Origin: a virus | Lineage: Duplodnaviria; Caudoviricetes | Direction: 5' to 3' (one strand) | Virus record (IMG/VR): IMGVR_UViG_3300010163_000019 | Location: 1-64,000 of that record | DNA: 64,000 nucleotides | The notes under the pieces: generated by a model | Databases searched by the model: none | What the model was told of the DNA's origin: nothing | The model's input: only the letters and a program-made list of their open reading frames with translations | Shown here: one piece after another, positions 18,445 to 28,398 of the stretch | How the letters are laid out: each line of letters opens with the position of its first letter | Position numbering within the stretch: the stretch's first letter is position 1 | Made by a program: the position numbers and the translations under genes

Positions 18445-19467
18445 ATGCAGCAAGCATTAGTATTCGTAAATAATTCAGATAGTGATAATACAGAAAGAAA
18501 AATATGCGTATATCAAGGAGTAACTTATTTTATCAATACTGAGGACAACACAGGAAAAAATTATATTGAAGTTAGAGGAACAAAGAAATATCTTGATAAA
18601 AATGGAAAGGTTTCTAATAAGCAGCCAAATACACGAAATGTAAGGGACTGCATAAATTCATATGAGGATATGCATAAAATACATGATTACTTAATACAAC
18701 GGAAAAAGTGGAATATATATTTATTGTTTATATTAAATTATAATTTAAGCAGACGAATTGGAGACCTTTTGAAAGCAAAATGGTCAGATTTTTTTGATGA
18801 AGACTGGAAAATTAAAAAGTCATGGGAACTGATAGAGGAAAAAACACATAAGAAAAATGAGATAAAGATTAATAAGGCAGTAAGATATGCATTTAAAACT
18901 TATTTTGAAAAGGAAACTGCCTTTGAGAAAACAGATAAAAACTATTATGAACCAATATTTAAACAGCTTTATGGAACCCATAAAGGCAAGGTTCTTTCCC
19001 AGGAAAGGTATAGACAGATTTTAATAAAAATAGGAGATGAACTAGGACTTGAGAAAAAAGTACGTTCTCATGGTTTTAGGCGGGGAGCATTTACAAATAT
19101 GATTGAGTCGCATCCAAATGATCCAAAAGCGAAAATTACAGTGATGAATATATCAAAACATGGAAGTGAATCAACGCTGAGTCATTATATAGGAGAAGAA
19201 GATAAGGAAAAGGAACGATATCTTGATGATTTAGGTGCTGATTTTGAAAAGTATGTTATAAAGGGAGAAGAAGTTCCATTTCATAAAAAAGTACCACAGG
19301 TAGTCTGTGATACCTCAAAACTTATGGAGTGTATGAGAGATGCAGCATCATATTTTATGATTAAAGGGATAGAAATGTCAAATGAGTCAGATCCCAAAGT
19401 TATTTTGCAAGTGGTAAATGAATCTATGAAAAAGTTAGAGGAAATATTAGAGAATATAACAGAGTAA
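18445..19467 (+). CDS. tyrosine recombinase with complete catalytic set
   Basis: SRRIGDLL (R), EEKT (K), SHGFRR (HxxR), SKHGSESTLSHY (H, Y). Confidence 0.9.
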   Translation: MQQALVFVNNSDSDNTERKICVYQGVTYFINTEDNTGKNYIEVRGTKKYLDKNGKVSNKQPNTRNVRDCINSYEDMHKIHDYLIQRKKWNIYLLFILNYNLSRRIGDLLKAKWSDFFDEDWKIKKSWELIEEKTHKKNEIKINKAVRYAFKTYFEKETAFEKTDKNYYEPIFKQLYGTHKGKVLSQERYRQILIKIGDELGLEKKVRSHGFRRGAFTNMIESHPNDPKAKITVMNISKHGSESTLSHYIGEEDKEKERYLDDLGADFEKYVIKGEEVPFHKKVPQVVCDTSKLMECMRDAASYFMIKGIEMSNESDPKVILQVVNESMKKLEEILENITE

Positions 19468-19641
19468 AAAATGATATTCTTATGTAGCAAAATGTGATAT
19501 AATAAGAAAGGGCAACACATGAGCAGAAAATTTGAATTATGGAAAGAGGATTCTTAAAAGTAAAAAGTAAAAAGTGGAAAGAAGAAAGAGTTAAAGTAGG
19601 GAAAGATTGATTTTATTGTGTAAATGTTGTGTATAAATACA

Positions 19642-19670
19642 TTGACTGTTGTGTAATTAGTGTGTATAAT
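19642..19670 (+). promoter_or_regulatory. hicAB promoter
   Basis: TTGACT-17-TATAAT. Confidence 0.8.
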
Positions 19671-19692
19671 ATAAAGATAGGGAGGAGCACTA

Positions 19693-19869
19693 ATGAAACA
19701 AAGAGATTTGATTAAAAAGCTGGAAGCAGGAGGCTTTGTATTTGATCATCATGGAAGTAACCATGATATATACAGGCGAGGAGAAAATGAATTTGAAACG
19801 GTTGAAAGACATAAAGAAATACCAGAAAGATTAGCACAAGCGATTTTAAAGAGACGAGGATTGAAATAG
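19693..19869 (+). CDS. hicA: HicA toxin (not in ORF track)
   Basis: MKQRDLIKKLEAGGF..HGSNHDIY..RHKEIPERLAQAILKRRGLK. Confidence 0.9.
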   Translation: MKQRDLIKKLEAGGFVFDHHGSNHDIYRRGENEFETVERHKEIPERLAQAILKRRGLK

Positions 19870-19893
19870 TCGTTAAATAATGGAGGGAATATT

Positions 19894-20307
19894 ATGCAAG
19901 CAGTATATCCAGTTTTGTTTACAAAAACGGAAGAATGTATTTTGGTTGAAGTTCCTGATTTGAAGGTTTTAACTGAAGGAAAAGATATGAAGAATGCTAT
20001 TGATATGGCGAGAGATGCAATGGAGTTGACGTGTGTTACTCTGGAAGACCATAAAAAAGAAATTCCAACACCATCTGATACATTGGATATTACAAAAGGA
20101 ACTTTTTCGAAGGATGGAGAAACCATTTTGTCTTTTGTTGATATTGATTCAGGAGAATATAGAAGAAAAATAGATACAAAAACAGTTAGAAGAAATGTGG
20201 CACTTCCGAGTTGGCTTAATTACGAAGCTGAACATGCTGGAATTAATGTTTCAAGAGTGTTGCAGGAAGCTTTGATGAATGTGTTGAATGTAAATAGAAA
20301 CATATAG
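19894..20307 (+). CDS. hicB: HicB antitoxin
   Basis: YPVLF..VEVPDL..TEG..AIDMARDA; C-terminal RHH VRRNVALPSWLN..INVSRVLQEAL. Confidence 0.92.
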   Translation: MQAVYPVLFTKTEECILVEVPDLKVLTEGKDMKNAIDMARDAMELTCVTLEDHKKEIPTPSDTLDITKGTFSKDGETILSFVDIDSGEYRRKIDTKTVRRNVALPSWLNYEAEHAGINVSRVLQEALMNVLNVNRNI

Positions 20308-20388
20308 TGTATGATTGATGGATTGGTTTTACCAGTCCATCAGTTATATAATAAATACTTGATTTCAAAGAGAAAAGGAGATTAACTT

Positions 20389-20700
20389 ATGGGAAAGAAA
20401 TTTAAAAAGACAAAAAAAACTAAGAAGTCTGTGTTTTATGAAAATGATGATTATACAGTAAAGATAACAGAAAGTGGGTATGGATATAAAAAGAATGATA
20501 TGTTTAAACCATGGTATAATGATGAAAAAGAAGAAGGAGAGTATTTTTTTGCACCGATGGATAAAATGACAGTTAAAAGTAAGAAAACAGGAAAGAAATC
20601 TACGAAAAGGGTTTACCAGGGAAATCCGATATATGATTTAGAAAACGATTTAGATAGTAAATCTATGTTTGGTGATATGTTTAATAAGATAGATAAATAA
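20389..20700 (+). CDS. hypothetical protein between sites 20351 and 20710
   Basis: RBS AAGGAG, 103 aa. Confidence 0.75.
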   Translation: MGKKFKKTKKTKKSVFYENDDYTVKITESGYGYKKNDMFKPWYNDEKEEGEYFFAPMDKMTVKSKKTGKKSTKRVYQGNPIYDLENDLDSKSMFGDMFNKIDK

Positions 20701-20746
20701 ATATGGGAAATGAAATCCGGTTTTCATGTGGAAAAGGTGATAAACA

Positions 20747-21142
20747 ATGGGAGAAGTAGTAAGTTTTGATAGTCCATATTGGAAAGGTTTTTATCTTCCT
20801 GATGGAAAGCAAAGATGGCTATATACCGATGAAGAGTCTGCTATAAAATTAAAGGATAAAGATTTTTTCAATAAGGATACTATTGGAATTATCATTTATA
20901 AAGGTTATGAGACAGAGGAAAATAAGACTGAGCCGATATCTGATCTGATACACTACATAAGTATTGACTATAAGATTGCGAATTATTTTGGTGATACAAG
21001 TGGAATGCATTTCAGAAGTAAAAGGTATGTAATAATTGATAATAAGATATATCAGCAGCTTAAATTTGGAGAAGTGAAGGAAGTGAAACGGATCACAAAG
21101 GAATTAAAAGGTGCTTTGAGTGAAATAAAATCGAAGGAATAG
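20747..21142 (+). CDS. hypothetical protein
   Basis: RBS AAGGTG, 131 aa. Confidence 0.75.
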   Translation: MGEVVSFDSPYWKGFYLPDGKQRWLYTDEESAIKLKDKDFFNKDTIGIIIYKGYETEENKTEPISDLIHYISIDYKIANYFGDTSGMHFRSKRYVIIDNKIYQQLKFGEVKEVKRITKELKGALSEIKSKE

Positions 21143-21174
21143 AATGTGTTTGAAAATACATAGGGAGAAATTTT

Positions 21175-21824
21175 ATGGGAATGCGAGAGCGGCGCGATCA
21201 AGATGGAAATTTAAAAGGTTATCATAATATGATATTTGATAATATACCAGATGATTATCAAATACAAAAAGTAATATTAGAAGATAAAGTGTATGATTTG
21301 TCATATATTGGTGTAATGAAACACTTGAGAAACATAAAAGCAGGAGAAGAATTTGCAGATAACAGTTTCTATTCGTCAGAAGTTTTATCACATATGGCTT
21401 TAGATTACCTAAATTCAGCCCGATTTCTTTATCAAGGAATCGTAGCAGATAGAGGACAAGATTTAGTGACATATTATTTTATTCCATGTGCATTTCTTTG
21501 TAAACACTCAATAGAATTAAAATTAAAAGAATGTTTATTAAGTAAGGAGTTCATGAGTTAAAAGGTCATAGTGTATTAGGAATCTGGAATGATCTTAATG
21601 AAGATCAAATACCTCATGGAACCAAGTTGAAATTGTTTTTATCTGAAGTAGAAAAAATAGATAATAATGAAATGGCATTGAGATATGGAATTAGTAAAGG
21701 ATTAGCTCCTTTACAAGAAAACTTTAAATTTGATATAGATAATTTGATTTCAAATACAATGTTTTTATTTAATGTTGTAGACGAATATATAATTTGCAAA
21801 TATAGGTATAATAGAGGAGAATGA
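21175..21824 (+). pseudogene. frameshifted HEPN-like protein
   Basis: FLCKHSIELKLKE then frame change near 21545 to GVHELKGHSVLGIW..D..LRYG. Confidence 0.55.
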
Positions 21825-21883
21825 GATTTAGCAATAGAATGTTGCTTTTAAGTCATAAATATCAGACAAGCATCATATAATAA

Positions 21884-21924
21884 AAGTGTACACTATTGAC
21901 ATTGTGTACACTTTTTGCTATGAT
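21884..21924 (+). promoter_or_regulatory. TA promoter with inverted-repeat operator
   Basis: TTGACA(21896)-17-TATGAT(21919); aaaagtgtacac/gtgtacactttt arms. Confidence 0.8.
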
Positions 21925-21940
21925 GGAGGTATCAAAGGAG

Positions 21941-22375
21941 ATGATAGAAATGTTGATGGAACAGGCTACAACTGTGAGAAAAGAGTGGAGTTCAGTTTGC
22001 GATAGCGTTATTCATGAAAAACCAAAGTTTATAAAGCGTATAAGAGACAAAATGTGGTTTTCTAATTTGGAAACAATATCTGAGCTTTTGGAAATATACT
22101 ATTTTTCTGCCACAAAATTTATTGAAGATGATAATTCTGTTACATTGTCTCTTAATGAAATTGATCTTGTAGAAAATGGTAAAGACGAGCAAGAAGCACG
22201 TTTAAATATGGGTAAAGCTATATTGGAATATGCTGTGGATTATTATAATGAATACGAGACGTATTCTCGCAGCATCAATAGAAAGAAACATATCCCTTAT
22301 ATTTTTAAAGCATTGATTATAGATAATCCAGAAAAGATAGGAGATATGTTACAATGCCAAGATGGAAAGAACTAA
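21941..22375 (+). CDS. HicB-like antitoxin (antitoxin-first order)
   Basis: VTLSLNEIDLVENG..EA..L..Y..DYY; precedes HicA-like gene. Confidence 0.65.
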   Translation: MIEMLMEQATTVRKEWSSVCDSVIHEKPKFIKRIRDKMWFSNLETISELLEIYYFSATKFIEDDNSVTLSLNEIDLVENGKDEQEARLNMGKAILEYAVDYYNEYETYSRSINRKKHIPYIFKALIIDNPEKIGDMLQCQDGKN

Positions 22376-22572
22376 AGAGATTTTGTGATAGGGATGGGTG
22401 GGAGTTGTATAAAGATACAGATCATTATTTCTATCGGAAAATAGATGATGATGGCAATATCAGATTAACGAAAGTTTCAAAAGGTTCAGGAGAAATTCGC
22501 CCTCATATGTGGAGGGAAATATTAAAGAAACAATTACAAGTTACGCAGGAATATTTTAACAGTAGAATATAA
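22354..22572 (+). CDS. hicA: HicA-like toxin
   Basis: WKELKRFCDRDGW..TDHYFY..TKVSKG..ILKKQL. Confidence 0.75.
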   Translation: MPRWKELKRFCDRDGWELYKDTDHYFYRKIDDDGNIRLTKVSKGSGEIRPHMWREILKKQLQVTQEYFNSRI

Positions 22573-22632
22573 TTATACTTAAAAAGTAGAAGTTTTATTT
22601 GGAGAAGTGTAAGTATTTTATGTGATATCGAA

Positions 22633-22953
22633 ATGAATGTTCAGTTTTATGATGATCTAATGAGCACAGAAGGACTTATGAGTATTAACACAATGGCAAA
22701 AGAACTTGGAATCGGGGAGTATAAGCTGTTTGCTTTTCTTAGAAAGAAAAAAGTATTTTTCTATGATAAGGATATGGTCAATGTGCCTTATGAGCGATTT
22801 CGGAAAGAAGGCACATTTGCTGTTAAGGAAACACTATGTTATGATGGAAATTTTCGTAGTGTTACATATGGAACGAAAATGGGACTTGATTATGTAAGAA
22901 AGTTGCTAAGAAAGAGTGGGTATTATGATAATCCTATATCAGATATAAATTAA
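22633..22953 (+). CDS. phage antirepressor KilAC-like domain protein
   Basis: FYDDL..SI..MAKELGIG..KLFAFLR..PY..T..G..Y+.KLL. Confidence 0.75.
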   Translation: MNVQFYDDLMSTEGLMSINTMAKELGIGEYKLFAFLRKKKVFFYDKDMVNVPYERFRKEGTFAVKETLCYDGNFRSVTYGTKMGLDYVRKLLRKSGYYDNPISDIN

Positions 22954-23029
22954 GGATGCAAGTGGTCGATAATCTTTTCAATTATTGAGTATAAAATTGA
23001 ATTGTTACAAACGAATTGTTTTATAATAT

Positions 23030-23063
23030 AAAAGCGATACTTATTGAGATGGGTATCGCTTTT
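23030..23063. terminator. bidirectional terminator
   Basis: aaaagcgatac/gtatcgctttt stem. Confidence 0.75.
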
Positions 23064-23584
23064 GTCAAATTGCAGTAAATTATGAAAAAATGACGGTTAT
23101 TTTTTTGTTAGTTTCTAACGAAATTTATTTAAAACATAAGATATGAAAACATGAGGGTAGATTATACGCATTGCAGTGTGGTAAAATCAAATTACATATA
23201 AAAGAAAATTTAGAATTTGAAATAAGGCTACCGCAATTTTACTGGCTTTAGACGATAGATAGTTTACTAAAGAAAAATGGTTTTATTTGATACGAATAGA
23301 GGGTTTTTAATAATTTATTCAGCGATGTATATTGACAATATAATATTAAGTATTGAAAGTGTGATTTATAAGTATTTTTTGGAAGTATTAAATGATATTA
23401 CTTAAAAGTATCACTTTTTCTATCTATAAAATTTATCTCAATGTCACAATCTAGTGCATCACATAATTTTCTTAACTTGTCAAGCGTGATATTAGTTTGT
23501 GAAAATACACTGCTAATAGCTCTAGGAGAGCAGATTCGAGTGATTAGTCATCAGAGAATTAAAAAGAAGATCGGACAGTGACAG

Positions 23585-23896
23585 ATGAATTTGAGAAAAA
23601 AGAAATTCGACGAATATATTATGCAATATGTAGAAATGACAGTAGAGGAAGCGAAAAAGTGTTGTAAAAAGAATGCAAAAGTGTTAGTAGCTATACAAGA
23701 TTTAGCAGAGAAAAACGTTGATATTATGTTTGTTCCAAAGAGAAGAAATGAGTATGAAAAACTTTTTGAAGATGTGAAAACGGTTGCTGGTATATGTGAT
23801 GAATTTATAAACCAATTAAATCTTTTTACTGAAAAACAAGATATAAGGAATATAAGACCCTATGGAAAACAAAAAAAAGTTTTATTACGAGAGTAG
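23585..23896 (+). CDS. hypothetical protein
   Basis: 103 aa ORF. Confidence 0.65.
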   Translation: MNLRKKKFDEYIMQYVEMTVEEAKKCCKKNAKVLVAIQDLAEKNVDIMFVPKRRNEYEKLFEDVKTVAGICDEFINQLNLFTEKQDIRNIRPYGKQKKVLLRE

Positions 23897-23948
23897 ATTG
23901 TATTTCTAAAAATGAAACAAATATTCCGAACAGATATACGTAAATAAG

Positions 23949-23977
23949 TTGACAAATACAATCACATGTTCTATACT
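23949..23977 (+). promoter_or_regulatory. sigma70 promoter
   Basis: TTGACA-17-TATACT. Confidence 0.8.
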
Positions 23978-24197
23978 TGTATTCATCAGTAACAATTAAA
24001 TAAAAAAGACCTATCCAATCATACAAACGGTGCGGCAACACCTCTGATGGGCAGGTCTTTACATACACACGCAGAATGCGCTTATATTATTATTACATAT
24101 TTAACAATATTAATCAAGTAATTTCAAAAAAGTTAATATTTCAAGCGATTCTGCAAAATATTCAAATTGAAAAGAGAATAATTAAATATGGAAATAT

Positions 24198-24270
24198 GGA
24201 TTTATAGCTCGGTTTGGTAGTAGCAACTGATTTTATCAGCATGTCTTGGGTTCGATTCCCAATAAATCCA
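24198..24270 (+). tRNA. pseudo-tRNA (Lys-like) with 5-nt anticodon loop
   Basis: GGATTTA/TAAATCC acceptor; GCTC D-stem; CTGA-TTTTA-TCAG; TTGGG-TTCGATT-CCCAA T-arm; no CCA. Confidence 0.7.
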
Positions 24271-24347
24271 TTGGATTAGTGTATATTTTGTGCACTGTAT
24301 TTTTTATACCCTTTTACAAGTGGTTCATCACAGGAGGAATGGTAATT

Positions 24348-25442
24348 ATGGAAAAGCGTAATCAAAGTTACAACATTGAAGATCTAATTGAGAAAATGGA
24401 GAAAAAGAAATTGACATTCGATTATCCCATCCAGCGTGAAGACGGACAGTGGGACAAATCGCAGAAAGCATTATTGATAGATACTGTGCTAAACGGTTTT
24501 TTGATTCCTCATGTATATATTATTAAAGAGGGTACAGAGGATTTTTCGCCTATGTCAGTGCTTGATGGCAAACAGCGTCTTACAACCTTATATGAGTTTG
24601 TAAATGATAAATTTGCATTGCCTAAAGATATGGATGATGTTGTGATAACAGATGTGACATTTGATGAAAATAAAAATCCTATAAAAGAAGAAAAAATATA
24701 TAAGGTTGCCGGAAAGAAATTTTCCAAGTTGGATATAGAACTTCAGAAGATTTTTAATAAATATAAGATTGATGTGGTTTTGCTTGCAGGATTTACAGAT
24801 GAACAGATTGAAGATCAGTTTTATCGTTTGAATAATGGCTGTACATTTACAAAATCACAAAAGGCAAATGTCAAATTGGGAACAGAACTTGCAGGCAAAA
24901 TTAAAGAGATTGAGGAGTGTGATTTCTTTGAAAATAGAGCAGTGTTTACGAATATACAAAGAAAACGTGGCGAAATTACAAGCTGTATCTTACAGACAAT
25001 GATGCTGCTATCAAATTTCGACTATAAAAATTTTGGTGCAAATGAAGTATTGAGATTTGCAGAAGAATTGAATGATAATCCTGATTATGAGCTGGTAGAG
25101 AAGACGAAAGATTTATATGATAAATTATTCTGTATTCTTCCTAGCTATGATAAGGAAATGGACAAAAATCTTAAAAAAATACATATACCAGTAATTGTAA
25201 AGAATCTTGATTATACTAATGAATTAGAAGAACTGATTACAGACAAAGAGTATGAAGCATTTTTATTGGATTGGTTTACGGCGGGTATGGTTTGTAGCAA
25301 TTATATTGATTATTGTGGACAGGGATCTACTGGTAAAGCAAAGGTTGAAGGAAGAATTTCTTCTATGAAAGAATCTTTAAAAGTATTTATAGAAAATTTA
25401 AGTAGCGGAGGAAGTAGAAATGAGTATGGAAAAGCAGTTTAA
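24348..25442 (+). CDS. DUF262 (GmrSD N-terminal, ParB-like) protein
   Basis: YPIQR..QW..LLIDT+L.G..IP; LDGKQRLTT; F.RLNNG; start at ATG after AGGAGG. Confidence 0.85.
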   Translation: MEKRNQSYNIEDLIEKMEKKKLTFDYPIQREDGQWDKSQKALLIDTVLNGFLIPHVYIIKEGTEDFSPMSVLDGKQRLTTLYEFVNDKFALPKDMDDVVITDVTFDENKNPIKEEKIYKVAGKKFSKLDIELQKIFNKYKIDVVLLAGFTDEQIEDQFYRLNNGCTFTKSQKANVKLGTELAGKIKEIEECDFFENRAVFTNIQRKRGEITSCILQTMMLLSNFDYKNFGANEVLRFAEELNDNPDYELVEKTKDLYDKLFCILPSYDKEMDKNLKKIHIPVIVKNLDYTNELEELITDKEYEAFLLDWFTAGMVCSNYIDYCGQGSTGKAKVEGRISSMKESLKVFIENLSSGGSRNEYGKAV

Positions 25443-26508
25443 GATATTTCAAATTTCTGAATTGAAACCACATCCGAGAAACCAAACAATTTATGGTGAT
25501 GAAGAGTCAGATGACACCTTTTCAGAATTAGTGCAGTTAATAAGAAAGCATGGGTTAAGGACAAAAATTATTGTGAATGAAAATGGAACTATTATTTCTG
25601 GACATCGGCGATTTCGAGCTTTACAGAAACTTGAATATTCTGAAACAGAGTGTGAAGTACGTCATTATGATAATGACATGGAAGAACTTAGAGACTTGGT
25701 TGTCTGCAATTCTGGTCGTAGACAGAAAACAAGAGTTCAACAGCTTAGAGAGGGTGAGGCTATTTATGAAGTAGAGTCTTGGAAGGCTAGCATACGACAA
25801 AAAGCTGTCTTGAATAACAGTCTCGTTACGGAACAGAGTTCCTTAACGAGAGAAGACGAAAAAGGTGAAACCCGCGATATTGTAGCTAAAATTATCAATT
25901 GGGGATCTGGTGCTAAAAGTTCTGGAAAGGACTATAGTCTTGGCAGATCAGCTTTGAAAGAATCGGATAGACTGCGTAAGGAAGGCAATACAGATTTAGC
26001 GGATATTATTGTAACACAAATTAATAAACGTGGTGCACACGCTGCATATGATTTAGCTTTTAAAGTGGATATTGACAAATTAAATGATGTGACAATGGCA
26101 GGTCTTAGGTCTGGTCAGATTAGTGGAAGAGCTAATACACTGCCGCTTAAACCAGAATATGATAAATCTCCTAAAAGGGAAGATGATACAAAAAAAGTAA
26201 TCACTACTTTTACTAAAAACGAGAATACCATAATAACAAGAGCAGATTTAGAAGAGACAGTACAAGAATATAATGCTCAAAGTCGTGGTGAAATTGAAAT
26301 AACAATCCCACAAATGGAAAAAGGTTATGTCAGTAAAACGATTGAAAGTGCAATGAGAGATTTCAAAAATAAGGTTGCACAATGTATGACTCATCAAAGA
26401 GAAATTATAAATCTTAGTGATGAAGAAAAAGCAAGACTCAATAAAATTATGACAAAGTTTATTGAGGATTTTGAAAAAGATAAAAAATATATCACAGGAG
26501 GAATGTAA
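25420..26508 (+). CDS. ParB N-terminal domain protein
   Basis: LKPHPRN..IRKHGL..IIV..IISGHRRFRA. Confidence 0.85.
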   Translation: MSMEKQFKIFQISELKPHPRNQTIYGDEESDDTFSELVQLIRKHGLRTKIIVNENGTIISGHRRFRALQKLEYSETECEVRHYDNDMEELRDLVVCNSGRRQKTRVQQLREGEAIYEVESWKASIRQKAVLNNSLVTEQSSLTREDEKGETRDIVAKIINWGSGAKSSGKDYSLGRSALKESDRLRKEGNTDLADIIVTQINKRGAHAAYDLAFKVDIDKLNDVTMAGLRSGQISGRANTLPLKPEYDKSPKREDDTKKVITTFTKNENTIITRADLEETVQEYNAQSRGEIEITIPQMEKGYVSKTIESAMRDFKNKVAQCMTHQREIINLSDEEKARLNKIMTKFIEDFEKDKKYITGGM

Positions 26509-26509
26509 A

Positions 26510-27406
26510 ATGTTAGAAATGTTCAACAGAAAAAATGAATCAGTTTGTAAGAGAGAAAATGAGGACGAAACATTAATTGTCCTATATGATTTGGGATACG
26601 ATACAGGCATGTATTCTCATATCAAAGTACAATTAGGCCTGATAGATGTAAGAACTGTGAAAAGTGCAGTTTCCGACGAAGATGGCGGATATCAAAGAAT
26701 TTTAAAATCTCATAGAATTATAGATATTACAAGTGATTTTCATTGGGCAAAATTCAATCCTATTACAATATCTATTAGACAAAATGGTGAAAGATATAAT
26801 GTTGATGGACAGGCAAGGGTATCAAGTGTTAGAACTTTATATCGCAAGGGAGAAATTTCAACGCCTATGGTTCCTTGTCTGATTTTAACCAACACAAGCG
26901 TTGAAGATGAAGCAATGTTGTTTGGGACTCAGGATGATGGGAAAACACAGCTTAAAGAAAGTCAGAGAATAAAAAGTAAATATATTGGAAAGGATAAGAA
27001 GATTTGTGATTTATCTGATACCTTAGAGGAATGTGGAATTGGATTGTTTAGAGATATACAAGCACGCAAGACAATTCAGGAAATCTATAAGAATATTGAT
27101 AAGGATATCTTTATTAGATTTTGTAAAGTTATTAGTAAGTCTTGGCTGAATGGAACTAAGGCACAAAGAAAAAATGCCACATGCGCAGATATTTTAACAG
27201 GAATTTCAGTATTTTATCAAAAATATGCTGATGTTATTGATGATAAAAATCTAGTAAGCAAATTATCAATGACTACCCCAGATGCAGTTCGTGAACTATT
27301 TGATAATTACAAAAACAAGCTTGATCCTGATAGAAAATATTTGAAAACATTTACTGAAATTTATAATAAAAGTAGACGTACTAATAACAGGATTGATTAC
27401 ATATAA
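26510..27406 (+). CDS. ParB/Srx-fold protein (DUF6551-like)
   Basis: GYQR..NPITIS..YNVDGQAR; EDEAMLF..Q; start approximate. Confidence 0.7.
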   Translation: MLEMFNRKNESVCKRENEDETLIVLYDLGYDTGMYSHIKVQLGLIDVRTVKSAVSDEDGGYQRILKSHRIIDITSDFHWAKFNPITISIRQNGERYNVDGQARVSSVRTLYRKGEISTPMVPCLILTNTSVEDEAMLFGTQDDGKTQLKESQRIKSKYIGKDKKICDLSDTLEECGIGLFRDIQARKTIQEIYKNIDKDIFIRFCKVISKSWLNGTKAQRKNATCADILTGISVFYQKYADVIDDKNLVSKLSMTTPDAVRELFDNYKNKLDPDRKYLKTFTEIYNKSRRTNNRIDYI

Positions 27407-27425
27407 AATCTATTCCGTTTTGTAT

Positions 27426-27466
27426 AGGGCATATGTGATTGAAATATGTCATATATGCCTTTTTTG
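27426..27466 (+). terminator. intrinsic terminator
   Basis: ggcatatgtga/tcatatatgcc stem plus T6. Confidence 0.65.
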
Positions 27467-27496
27467 TACCCATTTTTAGGAAAGGAGAATGAAAAT

Positions 27497-28140
27497 ATGT
27501 TTATTTTAACAGATGGGAAAAATTATATTATGGAGAATCCTGTAAAACAGGGGGTTTATATTAGCACAGTTTCACCAACTATGGCAAAAAATTTACTTAC
27601 AAACAGGCAAGAACAGTATTAAATGACAGAAGCAAAAAGAATGCGTGGATTAAGACATACTACATGGTAGATGAAGGTACAGGAAAAGTTGCTGAGACAT
27701 CAGCAAATTATAAGGGGAATGCTGGAATCTATATTGGACAAAACGATATTAAGTTTGATGAATCTATTGTTACGAAAATATATGAGGAGACAAAAACAAT
27801 TACTGGACTTGCAGGTTGGAGTATGGCACAGCTTAAAGCGTATAAGGAACAACTTAATATTGGATTATCAAAGTATGATTCAGCAGTATCGGATATTGAA
27901 CATGCTCTTCAAAAATATAAAGAAGTTAATAAAGGCAAGAATCCACAAGCTCATAAAGCTGCAAAAATTGGTTATCTTTTAGGAGAGATAAGAGATAAGC
28001 ACGAGAATATTAAACAGTGTATAGATTACATACAGGTATTTGAAAATGCAATTACATATAACTATACAATAGAGAAGATTAAATTAGAACTTGAAAAAGC
28101 AAAACATGCATCTTATCAAGGTCGGACAGAGTATTATTAG
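27497..28140 (+). pseudogene. hypothetical gene split by a -1 shift in an A6 run
   Basis: MFILTDGKNY..TMAK continues as KFTYKQAR in the -1 frame at 27586-27591; possibly early TAG at 28138. Confidence 0.6.
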
Positions 28141-28177
28141 ATTGCGTTAGAAATATTGGATTGTGGAGGGGAAAAGA

Positions 28178-28375
28178 ATGTGGTGTAAAAAATGTAATAT
28201 CATAATGAGCATTTCAGGGACTTCGTATCATAAAAAAGAGAATAGAAATGATAAGGGATATAAAAGATATGATGAGTGTCCAAGCTGTCATTATAGAAAG
28301 TATAATAATGGATTAAATTTTCAAGAAATAATGAATAAGGAAATTCAGAAAAGCAGAAGAAGACAACATACATAA
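28178..28375 (+). CDS. small zinc-ribbon protein
   Basis: CKKC..CPSC. Confidence 0.65.
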   Translation: MWCKKCNIIMSISGTSYHKKENRNDKGYKRYDECPSCHYRKYNNGLNFQEIMNKEIQKSRRRQHT

Positions 28376-28398
28376 AAAATAGACAAAATAAGGCGGTT

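Noticed and set aside
23065-23584. AT-rich gap as replication origin or att site
   Set aside because: No iterons, DnaA-box cluster or duplicated core sequence could be identified.
24246-24347. N-terminal extension of the DUF262 ORF from TTG 24246
   Set aside because: Overlaps the pseudo-tRNA T-arm; the strong RBS points to ATG 24348.
28138-28140. TAG-to-Gln recoding (genetic code 15), suggested by an apparently early TAG
   Set aside because: TAG ends many apparently complete genes (6410, 10411, 11477, 19869), and the other lesions are TAA or frameshifts, which fits decay or error better.
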